From: Eledone cirrhosa
Lineage: Eukaryota
Direction: 5' to 3'
Assembly: GCA_964016885.1 (NCBI GenBank)
Contig: OZ024741.1
Location: 409,882,001-409,946,000 of the forward strand
DNA length: 64,000 nucleotides
Below the pieces are notes generated by a model. It had not been told where the DNA came from. It searched no databases and was given only the letters and a program-made list of their open reading frames with translations. The position numbers and the translations under genes are program-made. This document shows, in pieces, positions 12,201 to 27,400 of the stretch. Each line of letters starts with the position of its first letter. Position 1 is the stretch's first letter.

Positions 12201-15200
12201 CTGGTTTACAATAGGTACACTGTATCCCTGTGTATATCAGGTTTACAATAGGTACACTGTATCCCTGTGTATATCTGGTTTACAATAGGTACACTGTATC
12301 CCTGTGTATATCAGGTTTACAATAGGTACACTGTATCCCTGTGTATATCTGGTTTACAATAGGTACCCTGTATCCCAGTGTATATTTGCTTTACAATAGG
12401 TACACTGTATCCCTGTGTATATCTGGTTTACAATAGGTACACTGTATTCCTGTGTATATCTGGTTTACAATAGGTACACTGTATCCTTGTGTTATATCTG
12501 GTTTACAATAGGTACACTGTATCCCTGTGTATATCTGGTTTACAATAGGTACACTGTATCCCTGTGTATATCTGATTTACAATAGGTACACTGTATCCCT
12601 GTGTATATCTGGTTTACAATAGGTACACTGTATCCCTGTGTATATCTGGTTTACAATAGGTACACTATCCCTGTGTATATCTGGTTTACAATAGGTACAC
12701 TGTATCCCTGTGTATATCTAGTTTACAATAGGTACACTGTATCCCTGGGTATATCTGGTTTACAATAGGTACACTATCCCTGTGTATATCTGGTTTACAA
12801 TAGGTACACTGTATCCCTGTGTATATCTAGTTTACAATAGGTACACTGTATCCCTGTGTGTATCTGGTTTACAATAGGTACATTGTATCCCTGTGTATAT
12901 CAGGTTTACAATAGGTACACTGAATCCCTGTGTATATCTGGTTTACAATAGGTACACTGTATCCCTGTGTATATCTGGTTTACAATAGGTACATTGTATC
13001 CCTGTGTATATCTGGTTTACAATAGGTACACTATCCCTGTGTATATCTGGTTTACAATAGGTACACTGTATCCCTGTGTATATCAGGTTTACAATAGGTA
13101 CACTGTATCCCTGTGTATATCTGGTTTACAATAGGTACCCTGTATCCCAGTGTATATCTGGTTTACAATAGGTACACTGTATCACTGTGTATATCTAGTT
13201 TACAATAGGTACCCTGTATCCCAGTGTATATCTGGTTTACAATAGGTACACTGTATCCCTGTGTATATCTGGTTTACAATAGGTACACTGTATCCCTGTG
13301 TATATCTAGTTTACAATAGGTACACTGTATCCCTGGTATATCTGGTTTATAATAGGTACACTGTATCCCTGTGTATATCTAGTTTACAATAGGTACATTG
13401 TATCCCTGTGTATATCTGGTTTACAATAGGTACACTATCCCTGTGTATATCTGGTTTACAATAGGTACACTGTATCCCTGTGTATATCTGGTTTATAATA
13501 GGTACACTGTATCCCTGTGTATATCTAGTTTACAATAGGTACACTGTATCCCTGTGGTGTATTTGGTTTACAATAGGTACACTGTATCCCTGTGTATATC
13601 AGGTTTACAATAGGTACACTGTATCCCTGTTTATCTGGTTTACAATAGATACATTGTATCCCTGTGTATATCTGGTTTACAATAGGTACACTATCCCTGT
13701 GTATATCTGGTTTACAATAGGTACACTGTATCCCTGTGTATATCTGGTTTATAATAGGTAGACTGTATCCTTGTGTTATATCTGGTTTACAATAGGTACA
13801 CTGTATCCCTGTGTATATCTGGTTTACAATAGGTACACTGTATCCCTGTGTATATCTGGTTTACAATAGATACACTGTATCCCTGTGTTTATCTTGTTTA
13901 TAATAGGTAGACTGTATCCTTGTGTTATATCTGGTTTACAATAGGTACACTGTCTCCCTGGGTATATCTGGTTTACAATAGGTACACTGTATCCCTGTGT
14001 ATATCTGGTTTACAATAGGTACACTGTATCCTTGTGTATATCTGGTTTACAATAGGTACACTGTATCCCTGTGTATATCTGTTTTATAATAGGTACACTA
14101 TCCCTGTGTATATCTGGTTTACAATAGGTACACTATCCCTGTGTATATCTGGTTTATAATAGGTACACTGTATCCCTGTGTATATCTCGTTTACAATAGG
14201 TACACTGTATCCCTGTGTATATCTGGTTTACAATAGGTACACTGTATCCTTGTGTTATATCTGGTTTACAATAGGTACACTGTATCCCTGTGTATATCTG
14301 GTTTACAATAGGTATACTGTATCCCTGTGTATATCTGGTTTACAATAGGTACACTGTATCCCTGTGTATATCTGGTTTACAATAGGTACACTGTATCCCT
14401 GTGTATATCAGGTTTACAATAGGTACACTGAATCCCTGTGTATATCTGGTTTACAATACGTACACTGTATCCCTGTGTATATCTGGTTTACAATAGGTAC
14501 AGTGTATCCCAGTGTATATCAGGTTTACAATAGGTATACTGTATCCCTGTGTATATATGGTTTACAATAGGTACACTGTATCCCTGTTTATATCAGGTTT
14601 ACAATAGGTACACTGTATCCCTGTGTATATCTGGTTTACAATAGGTACACTGTATCCCTGTGTATATCTGGTTTACAATAGGTACACTGTATCCCTGTGT
14701 ATATCTGGTTTACAATAGGTACACTGTATCCCTGTGTGTATCTGGTTTACAATAGGTACATTGTATCCCTGTGTATATCTGGTTTACAATAGGTACACTG
14801 TATCCCTGTGTGTATCTGGTTTACAATAGGTACATTGTATCCCTGTGTATATCAGGTTTACAATAGGTACACTGAATCCCTGTGTATATCTGGTTTACAA
14901 TAGGTACACTGTATCCCTGTGTATATCTGGTTTACAATAGGTACATTGTATCCCTGTGTATATCTGGTTTACAATAGGTACACTATCCCTGTGTATATCT
15001 GGTTTACAATAGGTACACTGTATCCCTGTGTATATCAGGTTTACAATAGGTACACTGTATCCCTGTGTATATCTGGTTTACAATAGGTACACTGTATCCC
15101 TGTGTATATCAGGTTTACAATAGGTACACTGTATCCCTGTGTATATCTGGATTACAATAGGTACCCTGTATCTCAGTGTATATCTGGTTTAGAATAGGTA

Positions 15201-15839
15201 CACTGTATCACTGTGTATATCTAGTTTACAATAGGTACCCTGTATCCCAGTGTATATCTGGTTTACAATAGGTACACTGTATCCCTGTGTATATCTGGTT
15301 TACAATAGGTACACTGTATTCCTGTGTATATCTGGTTTACAATAGGTACCCTGTATCCTTGTGTTATATCTGGTTTACAATAGGTACACTGTATCCCTGT
15401 GTATATCTGGTTTACAATAGGTACACTGTATCCCTGTGTATATCTGATTTACAATAGGTACACTGTATCCCTGTGTATATCTGGTTTACAATAGGTACAC
15501 TGTATCCCTGTGTATATCTGGTTTACAATAGGTACACTATCCCTGTGTATATCTGGTTTACAATAGGTACACTGTATCCCTGTGTATATCTGGTTTACAA
15601 TAGGTACACTGTATCCCTGTGTATATCTGGTTTACAATAGGTACACTATCCCTGTGTATATCTGGTTTACAATAGGTACACTGTATCCCTGTGTATATCT
15701 GGTTTACAATAGGTACACTGTATCCCTGTGTACATCTAGTTTACAATAGGTACACTGTATCCCTGGGTATATCTGGTTTACAATAGGTACACTATACCTG
15801 TGTATATCTGGTTTACAATAGGTACACTGTATCCCTGTG

Positions 15840-18800
15840 TATATCTAGTTTACAATAGGTACACTGTATCCCTGTTTATATCAGGTTTACAATAGGTACA
15901 CTGTATCCCTGTGTATATCTGGTTTACAATAGGTACACTGTATCCCTGTGTATATCTGGTTTACAATAGGTACACTGTATCCCTGTGTATATCTGGTTTA
16001 CAATAGGTACACTGTATCCCTGTGTATATCTGGTTTACAATAGGTACACTGTATCCCTGTGTGTATCTGGTTTACAATAGGTACATTGTATCCCTGTGTA
16101 TATCGGGTTTACAATAGGTACACTGTATCCCTGTGTGTATCTGGTTTACAATAGGTACATTGTATCCCTGTGTATATCAGGTTTACAATAGGTACACTGA
16201 ATCCCTGTGTATATCTGGTTTACAATAGGTACACTGTATCCCTGTGTATATCTGGTTTACAATAGGTACATTGTATCCCTGTGTATATCTGGTTTACAAT
16301 AGGTACACTATCCCTGTGTATATCTGGTTTACAATAGGTACACTGTATCCCTGTGTATATCAGGTTTACAATAGGTACACTGTATCCCTGTGTATATCTG
16401 GTTTACAATAGGTACACTGTATCCCTGGGTATATCTGGTTTACAATAGGTACACTATCCCTGTGTATATCTGGTTTACAATAGGTACACTGTATCCCTGT
16501 GTATATCTAGTTTACAATAGGTACACTGTATCCCTGTTTATATCAGGTTTACAATAGGTACACTGTATCCCTGTGTATATCTGGTTTACAATAGGTACAC
16601 TGTATCCCTGTGTATATCTGGTTTACAATAGGTACACTGTATCCCTGTGTATATCTGGTTTACAATAGGTACACTGTATCCCTGTGTGTATCTGGTTTAC
16701 AATAGGTACATTGTATCCCTGTGTATATCTGGTTTACAATAGGTACACTGTATCCCTGTGTGTATCTGGTTTACAATAGGTACATTCTATCCCTGTGTAT
16801 ATCAGGTTTACAATAGGTACACTGAATCCCTGTGTATATCTGGTTTACAATAGGTACACTGTATCCCTGTGTATATCTGGTTTACAATAGGTACATTGTA
16901 TCCCTGTGTATATCTGGTTTACAATAGGTACACTATCCCTGTGTATATCTGGTTTACAATAGGTACACTGTATCCCTGTGTATATCAGGGTTACAATAGG
17001 TACACTGTATCCCTGTGTATATCTGGTTTACAATAGGTACACTGTATCCCTGTGTATCTGGTTTACAATAGGTACACTGTATCCCTGGGTATATCAGGTT
17101 TACAATAGGTACACAGTATCCTGATGTGTATCTGGTTTACAATAGGTACACTGTATTCCAGTATATATCTGGTTTACACTAGGTACACTGTATCCCTGGG
17201 TATATCTGGTTTACAATAGGTACACTGAATCCCTGTATATCTGGTTTACAATAGGTACACTGTATCCCAGTGTATATCTGATTTACAATAGGTACACTGT
17301 ATCCCTGTGTATATCTAGTTTACAATAGGTACACTGTATCTCTGTGTATATCTGGTTTACAATAGGTACACTGTATCCCTGTGTATATCTAGTTTACAAT
17401 AGGTACACTGTATCCCTGTGTATATCTGGTTTACAATAGGTACACTGAATCCCTGTATATCTGGTTTACAATAGGTACACTGTATCCCTGTGTATATCAG
17501 GTTTACAATAGGTACACTGTATACCTGTGTACATCTGGTTTACAATAGGTACACTGAATCCCTGTATATCTGGTTTACAATAGGTACACTGTATCCCAGT
17601 GTATATCTGATTTACAATAGGTACACTGTATCCCTGTGTATATCTAGTTTACAATAGATACACTGTATCCCTGGGTATATCTGGTTTACAATAGGTACAC
17701 TGTATCTCAGTGTATATCTCGTTTACAATAGGTACACTGTATCCCTGTGTATATCTGGTTTACAATAGGTACACTTTATCTTAGTGTATATCTGGTTTAC
17801 AATAGGTACACTGTACCACTGTGTATATCTGGTTTACAATAGGTACACTGTATCCCTGTGTATATCTGGTTTACAATAGGTACACTGTATCCCTGTGTAT
17901 ATCTGATTTACAATAGGTACACTGTATCCCTGTGTATATCTGGTTTACAATAGGTACACTGTATCCCTGTGTATATCTGGTTTACAATAGGTACACTATC
18001 CCTGTGTATATCTGGTTTACAATAGGTACACTGTATCCCTGTGTATATCTGGTTTACAATAGGTACACTGTATCCCTGGGTATATCAGGTTTACAATAGA
18101 TACACTGTATCCCTGGGTATATCTGGTTTACAATAGGTACACTGTATCCCCGTGTGTATCTGGTTTACAATAGGTACACTGTATCCCCGTGTGTATCTGG
18201 TTTACAATAGGTACACTGTATCCCTGTGTATATCTTCTTTATAATAGGTAGACTGTATCCTTGTGTTATATCTGGTTTACAATAGGTACACTGTATCCCT
18301 GTGTATATCTGGTTTACAATAGGTACACTGTATCCCTGTGTATATCTGGTTTACAATAGGTACACTGTATCCTTGTGTTATATCTGGTTTACAATAGGTA
18401 CACTGTATCCCTGTGTATATCTGGTTTACAATAGGTACAGTGTATCCCAGTGTATATCAGGTTTACAATAGGTATACTGTATCCCTGTGTATATCTGGTT
18501 TACAATAGGTACACTGTATTCCTTTTTATATCAGGTTTACAATAGGTACACTGTATTCCTGTGTATATCTGGTTTACAATAGGTACACTGTATCCTTGTG
18601 TATATCTGGTTTACAATAGGTACACTGTATCCCTGTGTATATCTGGTTTATAATAGGTACACTATCCCTGTGTATATCTGGTTTACAATAGGTACACTGT
18701 ATCCCTGTGGTGTATTTGGTTTACAATAGGTACACTGTATCCCTGTTGTGTATTTGGTTTACAATAGGTACACTGTATCCCTGTGTATATCAGGTTTACA

Positions 18801-21420
18801 ATAGGTACACTGTATCCCTGTGTATATCAGGTTTACAATAGGTACACTGTATCCCTGTGTATATCAGGTTTACAATAGGTACACTGTATCCCTGTTTATC
18901 TGGTTTACAATAGGTACACTGTATCCCTCTGTATATCTGGTTTATAATAGGTACACTGTATCCCTGTGTGTATCTGGTTTACAATAGGTACACTGTATCC
19001 CTGTGTATATCTAGTTTACAATAGGTACACTGTATCCCTGTGTGTATCTGGTTTACAATAGGTACACTGTATCCCTGTGTATGTCTGGTTTACAATAGGT
19101 ACACTGTATCCCTGTGTATATCTGGTTTACAATAGGTACACTGTATCCCTGTGTATATCTGGTTTACAATAGGTACACTATCCCTGTGTATATCTGGTTT
19201 ACAATAGGTACACTGTATCCCTGTGTATATCTAGTTTACAATAGGTACACTGTATCCCTGGGTATATCTGGTTTACAATAGGTACACTGTATCTCAGTGT
19301 ATATCTGGTTTACAATAGGTACACTGTATCTCAGTGTATATCTCGTTTACAATAGGTACACTGTATCCCTGTGTATATCTGGTTTACAATAGGTACACTG
19401 TATCCCTGTGTATATCAGGTTTACAGTAGGTACACTGTATCCCTGTGTATATCTGGTTTACAATAGGTACCCTGTATCCCAGTGTATATCTGGTTTACAA
19501 TAGGTACACTGTATCACTGTGTATATCTAGTTTACAATAGGTACCCTGTATCCCAGTGTATATCTGGTTTACAATAGGTACACTGTATCCCTGTGTATAT
19601 CTGGTTTACAATAGGTACACTGTATCCCTGTGTATATCTGGTTTACAATAGGTACACTGTATCCTTGTGTTATATCTGGTTTACAATAGGTACACTGTAT
19701 CCCTGTGTATATCTGGTTTACAATAGGTACACTGTATCCCTGTGTATATCTGGTTTACAATAGGTACACTATCCCTGTGTATATCTGGTTTACAATAGGT
19801 ACACTGTATCCCTGTGTATATCTAGTTTACAATAGGTACACTGTATCCCTGGGTATATCTGGTTTACAATAGGTACACTATCCCTGTGTATATCTGGTTT
19901 ACAATAGGTACACTGTATCCCTGTGTATATCTGGTTTACAATAGGTACACTGTATCCCTGGGTATATCAGGTTTACAATAGATACACTGTATCCCTGGGT
20001 ATATCTGGTTTACAATAGGTACACTGTATCCCCGTGTGTATCTGGTTTACGATAGGTACACTGTATCCCCGTGTGTATCTGGTTTACAATAGGTACACTG
20101 TATCCCTGTGTATATCTTGTTTATAATAGGTAGACTGTATCCTTGTGTTATATCTGGTTTACAATAGGTACACTGTATCCCTGTGTATATCTGGTTTACA
20201 ATAGGTACACTGTATCCCTGTGTATATCTGGTTTACAATAGGTACACTGTATCCTTGTGTTATATCTGGTTTACAATAGGTACACTGTATCCCTGTGTAT
20301 ATCTGGTTTACAATAGTACACTGTATCCTTGTGTTATATCTGGTTTACAATAGGTACACTGTCTCCCTGGGTATATCTGGTTTACAATAGGTACACTGTA
20401 TCCCTGTGTATATCTGGTTTACAATAGGTACACTGTATCCTTGTGTATATCTGGTTTACAATAGGTACACTGTATCCCTGTGTATATCTGGTTTATAATA
20501 GGTACAGTATCCCTGTGTATATCTGGTTTACAATAGGTACACTATCCCTGTGTATATCTGGTTTATAATAGGTACACTGTATCCCTGTGTATATCTTGTT
20601 TACAATAGGTATACTGTATCCCTGTGTATATCTGGTTTACAATAGGTACACTGTATCCTTGTGTTATATCTGGTTTACAATAGGTACACTGTATCCCTGT
20701 GTATATCTGGTTTACAATAGGTATACAGTATCTCAGTGTATATCTGGTTTACAATAGGTACACTGTCTCCCTGTGTATATCTGGTTTACAATAGGTACAC
20801 TGTATCCCTGTGTATATCAGGTTTACAATAGGTACACTGAATCCCTGTGTATATCTGATTTACAATAGGTACACTGTATCACTGTGTATATCTGGTTTAC
20901 AATAGGTACACTGTATCCCTGTGTATATCTGGTTTACAATAGGTACACTGTATCCCTGTGTATATCAGGTTTACAATAGGTACACTGAATCCCTGTGTAT
21001 ATCTGGTTTACAATACGTACACTGTATCCCTGTGTATATCTGGTTTACAATAGGTACAGTGTATCCCAGTGTATATCAGGTTTACAATAGGTATACTGTA
21101 TCCCTGTGTATATATGGTTTACAATAGGTACACTGTATCCCTGTTTATATCAGGTTTACAATAGGTACACTGTATCCCTGTGTATATCTGGTTTACAATA
21201 GGTACACTGTATCTCTGTGTATATCTGGTTTACAATAGGTACACTGTATCCCTGTGTATAACTGGTTTACAATAGGTACACTGTATCCCCGTGTGTATCT
21301 GGTTTACAATAGGTACACTGTATCCCTGTGTATATCTTGTTTATAATAGGTAGACTGTATCCTTGTGTTATATCTGGTTTACAATAGGTACACTGTATCC
21401 CTGTGTATATCTGGTTTACA
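15840..21420. repeat. About 5.6-kb segment recurring at about 39836-45416 (offset 23,996 bp)
   Basis: cagggttaca at 16986/40982, tacgatagg at 20048/44044 and identical artefact ORFs at 20921/44917 all give 23,996. Confidence 0.85.
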
Positions 21421-24400
21421 ATAGGTATACTGTATCCCTGTATATATCTGGTTTACAATAGGTACACTGTATCCCTGTGTATATCTGGTTTACAATAGGT
21501 ACACTGTATCCCTGTGTATATCTGGTTTACAATAGGTACACTATCCCTGTGTATATCTGGTTTACAATAGGTACACTGTATCCCTGTGTATATCTGGTTT
21601 ACAATAGGTACACTATCCCTGTGTATATCTGGTTAACAATAGGTACACTGTATCCCTGTGTATATCTGGTTTACAATAGGTACACTATCCCTGTGTATAT
21701 CTGGTTTACAATAGGTACACTGTATCACAGTGTATATCAGGTTTACAATAGGTATACTGTATCCCTGTGTATATCTGGTTTACAATAGGTACACTGTATC
21801 CCTGTGTATATCTGGTTTACAATAGGTACACTGTATCCCTGTGTATATCTGGTTTACAATAGGTACACTGTATCCCTGTGTATATCTGGTTTACAATAGG
21901 TACACTGTATCCCTGTGTATATCAGGTTTACAAAAGGTACACGGAATCCCTGTGTATATCTGGTTTACAATACGTACACTGTATCCCTGTGTATATCTGG
22001 TTTACAATAGGTACAGTGTATCCCAGTGTATATCAGGTTTACAATAGGTATACTGTATCTCTGTGTATATCTGGTTTACAATAGGTACACTGTATCACAG
22101 TGTATATCAGGTTTACAATAGGTATACTGTATCCCTGTGTATATCTGGTTTACAATAGGTACACTGTATCCCTGTTCATATCAGGTTTACAATAGGTACA
22201 CTGTATCCCTGTGTATATCTGGTTTACAATAGGTACACTGTATCCCTGTGTATATCTGGTTTACAATAGGTACACTGTATCCCTGTGTATATCTGGTTTA
22301 CAATAGGTACACTGTATCCCCGTGTGTATCTGGTTTACAATAGGTACACTGTATCCCTGTGTATATCTTGTTTACAATAGGTACACTGTATCCTTGTGTT
22401 ATATCTGGTTTACAATAGGTACACTGTATCCCTGTGTATATCTGGTTTACAATAGGTACACTGTATCCTTGTGTTATATCTGGTTTACAATAGGTACACT
22501 GTATCCCTGTGTATATCTGGTTTACAATAGGTACATTGTATCCCTGTGTATATCTGGTTTACAATAGGTACACTATCCCTGGGTATATCTGGTTTACAAT
22601 AGGTACACTGTATCCTTGTGTATATCTGGTTTACAATAGGTACACTGTATCCCTGTGTATATCTGGTTTATAATAGGTACACTATCCCTGTGTATATCTG
22701 GTTTACAATAGGTACACTATCCCTGTGTATATCTGGTTTATAATAGGTACACTGTATCCCTGTGTATATCTCGTTTACAATAGGTACACTGTATCCCTGT
22801 GTATATCTGGTTTACAATAGGTACACTGTATCCTTGTGTTATATCTGGTTTACAATAGGTACACTGTATCCCTGTGTATATCTGGTTTACAATAGGTATA
22901 CTGTATGCCTGTGTATATCTGGTTTACAATAGGTACAATGTATCCCTGTGTATATCTGGTTTACAATAGGTACACTGTATCCCTGTGTATATCTGGTTTA
23001 CAATAGGTACACTATCCCTGTGTATATCTGGTTTACAATAGGTACACTATCCCTGTGTATATCTGGTTTACAATAGGTACACTGTATCCCTGTGTATATC
23101 TGGTTTACAATAGGTACACTATCCCTGTGTATATCTGGTTTACAATAGGTACACTGTATCCCTGTGTATATCTGGTTTACACTAGGTACACTATCCCTGT
23201 GTATATCTGGTTTACAATAGGTACACTGTATCACAGTGTATATCAGGTTTACAATAGGTATACTGTATCCCTGTGTATATCTGGTTTACAATAGGTACAC
23301 TGTATCCCTGTGTATATCTGGTTTACAATAGGTACACTGTATCCCTGTGTATATCTGGTTTACAATAGGTACACTGTATCCCTGTGTATATCTGGTTTAC
23401 AATAGGTACACTGTATCCCTGTGTATATCAGGTTTACAAAAGGTACACGGAATCCCTGTGTATATCTGGTTTACAATACGTACACTGTATCCCTGTGTAT
23501 ATCTGGTTTACAATAGGTACAGTGTATCCCAGTGTATATCAGGTTTACAATAGGTATACTGTATCTCTGTGTATATCTGGTTTACAATAGGTACACTGTA
23601 TCCCTGTTCATATCAGGTTTACAATAGGTACACTGTATCCCTGTGTATATCTGGTTTACAATAGGTACACTGTATCCCTGCGTATATCTGGTTTACAATA
23701 GGTACACTGTATCCCTGTGTATATCTGGTTTACAATAGGTACACTGTATCCCTGTATGTATCTGGTTTACAATAGGTACATTGTATCCCTGTGTATATCT
23801 GGTTTACAATAGGTACACTGTATCCCTGTGTGTATCTGGTTTACAATAGGTACATTGTATCCCTGTGTACATCAGGTTTACAATAGGTACACTGAATCCC
23901 TGTGTATATCTGGTTTACAATAGGTACACTGTATCTCTGTGTATATCTGGTTTACAATAGGTACACTGTATCCCTGTGTGTATCTGGTTTACAATAGGTA
24001 CACTGTATCTGTGTGTATATCTGGTTTACAATAGGTACACTGTATCCCTGTGTATATCTGGTTTACAATAGGTACAGTGTATCCCAGTGTATATCAGGTT
24101 TACAATAGGTATACTGTATCCCTGTGTATATATGGTTTACAATAGGTACACTGTATCCCTGTTTATATCAGGTTTACAATAGGTACACTGTATCCCTGTG
24201 TATATCTGGTTTACAATAGGTACACTGTATCTCTGTGTATATCTGGTTTACAATAGGTACACTGTATCCCTGTGTATATCTGGTTTACAATAGGTACACT
24301 GTATCCCCGTGTGTATCTGGTTTACAATAGGTACACTGTATCCCTGTGTATATCTTGTTTATAATAGGTAGACTGTATCCTTGTGTTATATCTGGTTTAC

Positions 24401-27400
24401 AATAGGTACACTGTATCCCTGTGTATATCTGGTTTACAATAGGTACACTGTATCCTTGTGTTATATCTGGTTTACAATAGGTACACTGTATCCTTGTGTA
24501 TATCTGGTTTACAATAGGTACACTGTATCCCTGTGTATATCTGGTTTATAATAGGTACACTATCCCTGTGTATATCTGGTTTACAATAGGTACACTATCC
24601 CTGTGTATATCTGGTTTATAATAGGTACACTGTATCCCTGTGTATATCTCGTTTACAATAGGTACACTGTATCCCTGTGTATATCTGGTTTACAATAGGT
24701 ACACTGTATCCTTGTGTTATATCTGGTTTACAATAGGTACACTGTATCCCTGTGTATATCTGGTTTACAATAGGTATACAGTATCTCAGTGTATATCTGG
24801 TTTACAATAGGTACACTGTATCCCTGTGTATATCTGGTTTACAATAGGTACACTGTATCCCTGTGTATATCAGGTTTACAATAGGTACACTGAATCCCTG
24901 TGTATATCTGATTTACAATAGGTACACTGTATCACTGTGTATATCTGGTTTACAATAGGTACACTGTATCCCTGTGTATATCTGGTTTACAATAGGTACA
25001 CTGTATCCCTGTGTATATCAGGTTTACAATAGGTACACTGAATCCCTGTGTATATCTGGTTTACAATACGTACACTGTATCCCTGTGTATATCTGGTTTA
25101 CAATAGGTACAGTGTATCCCAGTGTATATCAGGTTTACAATAGGTATACTGTATCCCTGTGTATATATGGTTTACAATAGGTACACTGTATCCCTGTTTA
25201 TATCAGGTTTACAATAGGTACACTGTATCCCTGTGTATATCTGGTTTACAATAGGTACACTGTATCCCTGTGTATAACTGGTTTACAATAGGTACACTGT
25301 ATCCCCGTGTGTATCTGGTTTACAATAGGTACACTGTATCCCTGTGTATATCTTGTTTATAATAGGTAGACTGTATCCTTGTGTTATATCTGGTTTACAA
25401 TAGGTACACTGTATCCCTGTGTATATCTGGTTTACAATAGGTATACTGTATCCCTGTATATATCTGGTTTACAATAGGTACACTGTATCCCTCTGTATAT
25501 CTGGTTTACAATAGGTACACTGTATCCCTGTGTATATCTGGTTTACAATAGGTACACTATCCCTGTGTATATCTGGTTTACAATAGGTACACTGTATCCC
25601 TGTGTATATCTGGTTTACAATAGGTACACTATCCCTGTGTATATCTGGTTAACAATAGGTACACTGTATCCCTGTGTATATCTGGTTTACAATAGGTACA
25701 CTATCCCTGTGTATATCTGGTTTACAATAGGTACACTGTATCACAGTGTATATCAGGTTTACAATAGGTATACTGTATCCCTGTGTATATCTGGTTTACA
25801 ATAGGTACACTGTATCCCTGTGTATATCTGGTTTACAATAGGTACACTGTATCCCTGTGTATATCTGGTTTACAATAGGTACACTGTATCCCTGTGTATA
25901 TCTGGTTTACAATAGGTACACTGTATCCCTGTGTATATCAGGTTTACAAAAGGTACACGGAATCCCTGTGTATATCTGGTTTACAATACGTACACTGTAT
26001 CCCTGTGTATATCTGGTTTACAATAGGTACAGTGTATCCCAGTGTATATCAGGTTTACAATAGGTATACTGTATCTCTGTGTATATCTGGTTTACAATAG
26101 GTACACTGTATCACAGTGTATATCAGGTTTACAATAGGTATACTGTATCCCTGTGTATATCTGGTTTACAATAGGTACACTGTATCCCTGTTCATATCAG
26201 GTTTACAATAGGTACACTGTATCCCTGTGTATATCTGGTTTACAATAGGTACACTGTATCCCTGTGTATATCTGGTTTACAATAGGTACACTGTATCCCT
26301 GTGTATATCTGGTTTACAATAGGTACACTGTATCCCCGTGTGTATCTGGTTTACAATAGGTACACTGTATCCCTGTGTATATCTTGTTTACAATAGGTAC
26401 ACTGTATCCTTGTGTTATATCTGGTTTACAATAGGTACACTGTATCCCTGTGTATATCTGGTTTACAATAGGTACACTGTATCCTTGTGTTATATCTGGT
26501 TTACAATAGGTACACTGTATCCCTGTGTATATCTGGTTTACAATAGGTACATTGTATCCCTGTGTATATCTGGTTTACAATAGGTACACTATCCCTGGGT
26601 ATATCTGGTTTACAATAGGTACACTGTATCCTTGTGTATATCTGGTTTACAATATGTACACTGTATCCCTGTGTATATCTGGTTTATAATAGGTACACTA
26701 TCCCTGTGTATATCTGGTTTACAATAGGTACACTATCCCTGTGTATATCTGGTTTATAATAGGTACACTGTATCCCTGTGTATATCTCGTTTACAATAGG
26801 TACACTGTATCCCTGTGTATATCTGGTTTACAATAGGTACACTGTATCCTTGTGTTATATCTGGTTTACAATAGGTACACTGTATCCCTGTGTATATCTG
26901 GTTTACAATAGGTATACTGTATGCCTGTGTATATCTGGTTTACAATAGGTACAATGTATCCCTGTGTATATCTGGTTTACAATAGGTACACTGTATCCCT
27001 GTGTATATCTGGTTTACAATAGGTACACTATCCCTGTGTATATCTGGTTTACAATAGGTACACTATCCCTGTGTATATCTGGTTTACAATAGGTACACTG
27101 TATCCCTGTGTATATCTGGTTTACAATAGGTACACTATCCCTGTGTATATCTGGTTTACAATAGGTACACTGTATCCCTGTGTATATCTGGTTTACACTA
27201 GGTACACTATCCCTGTGTATATCTGGTTTACAATAGGTACACTGTATCACAGTGTATATCAGGTTTACAATAGGTATACTGTATCCCTGTGTATATCTGG
27301 TTTACAATAGGTACACTGTATCCCTGTGTATATCTGGTTTACAATAGGTACACTGTATCCCTGTGTATATCTGGTTTACAATAGGTACACTGTATCCCTG

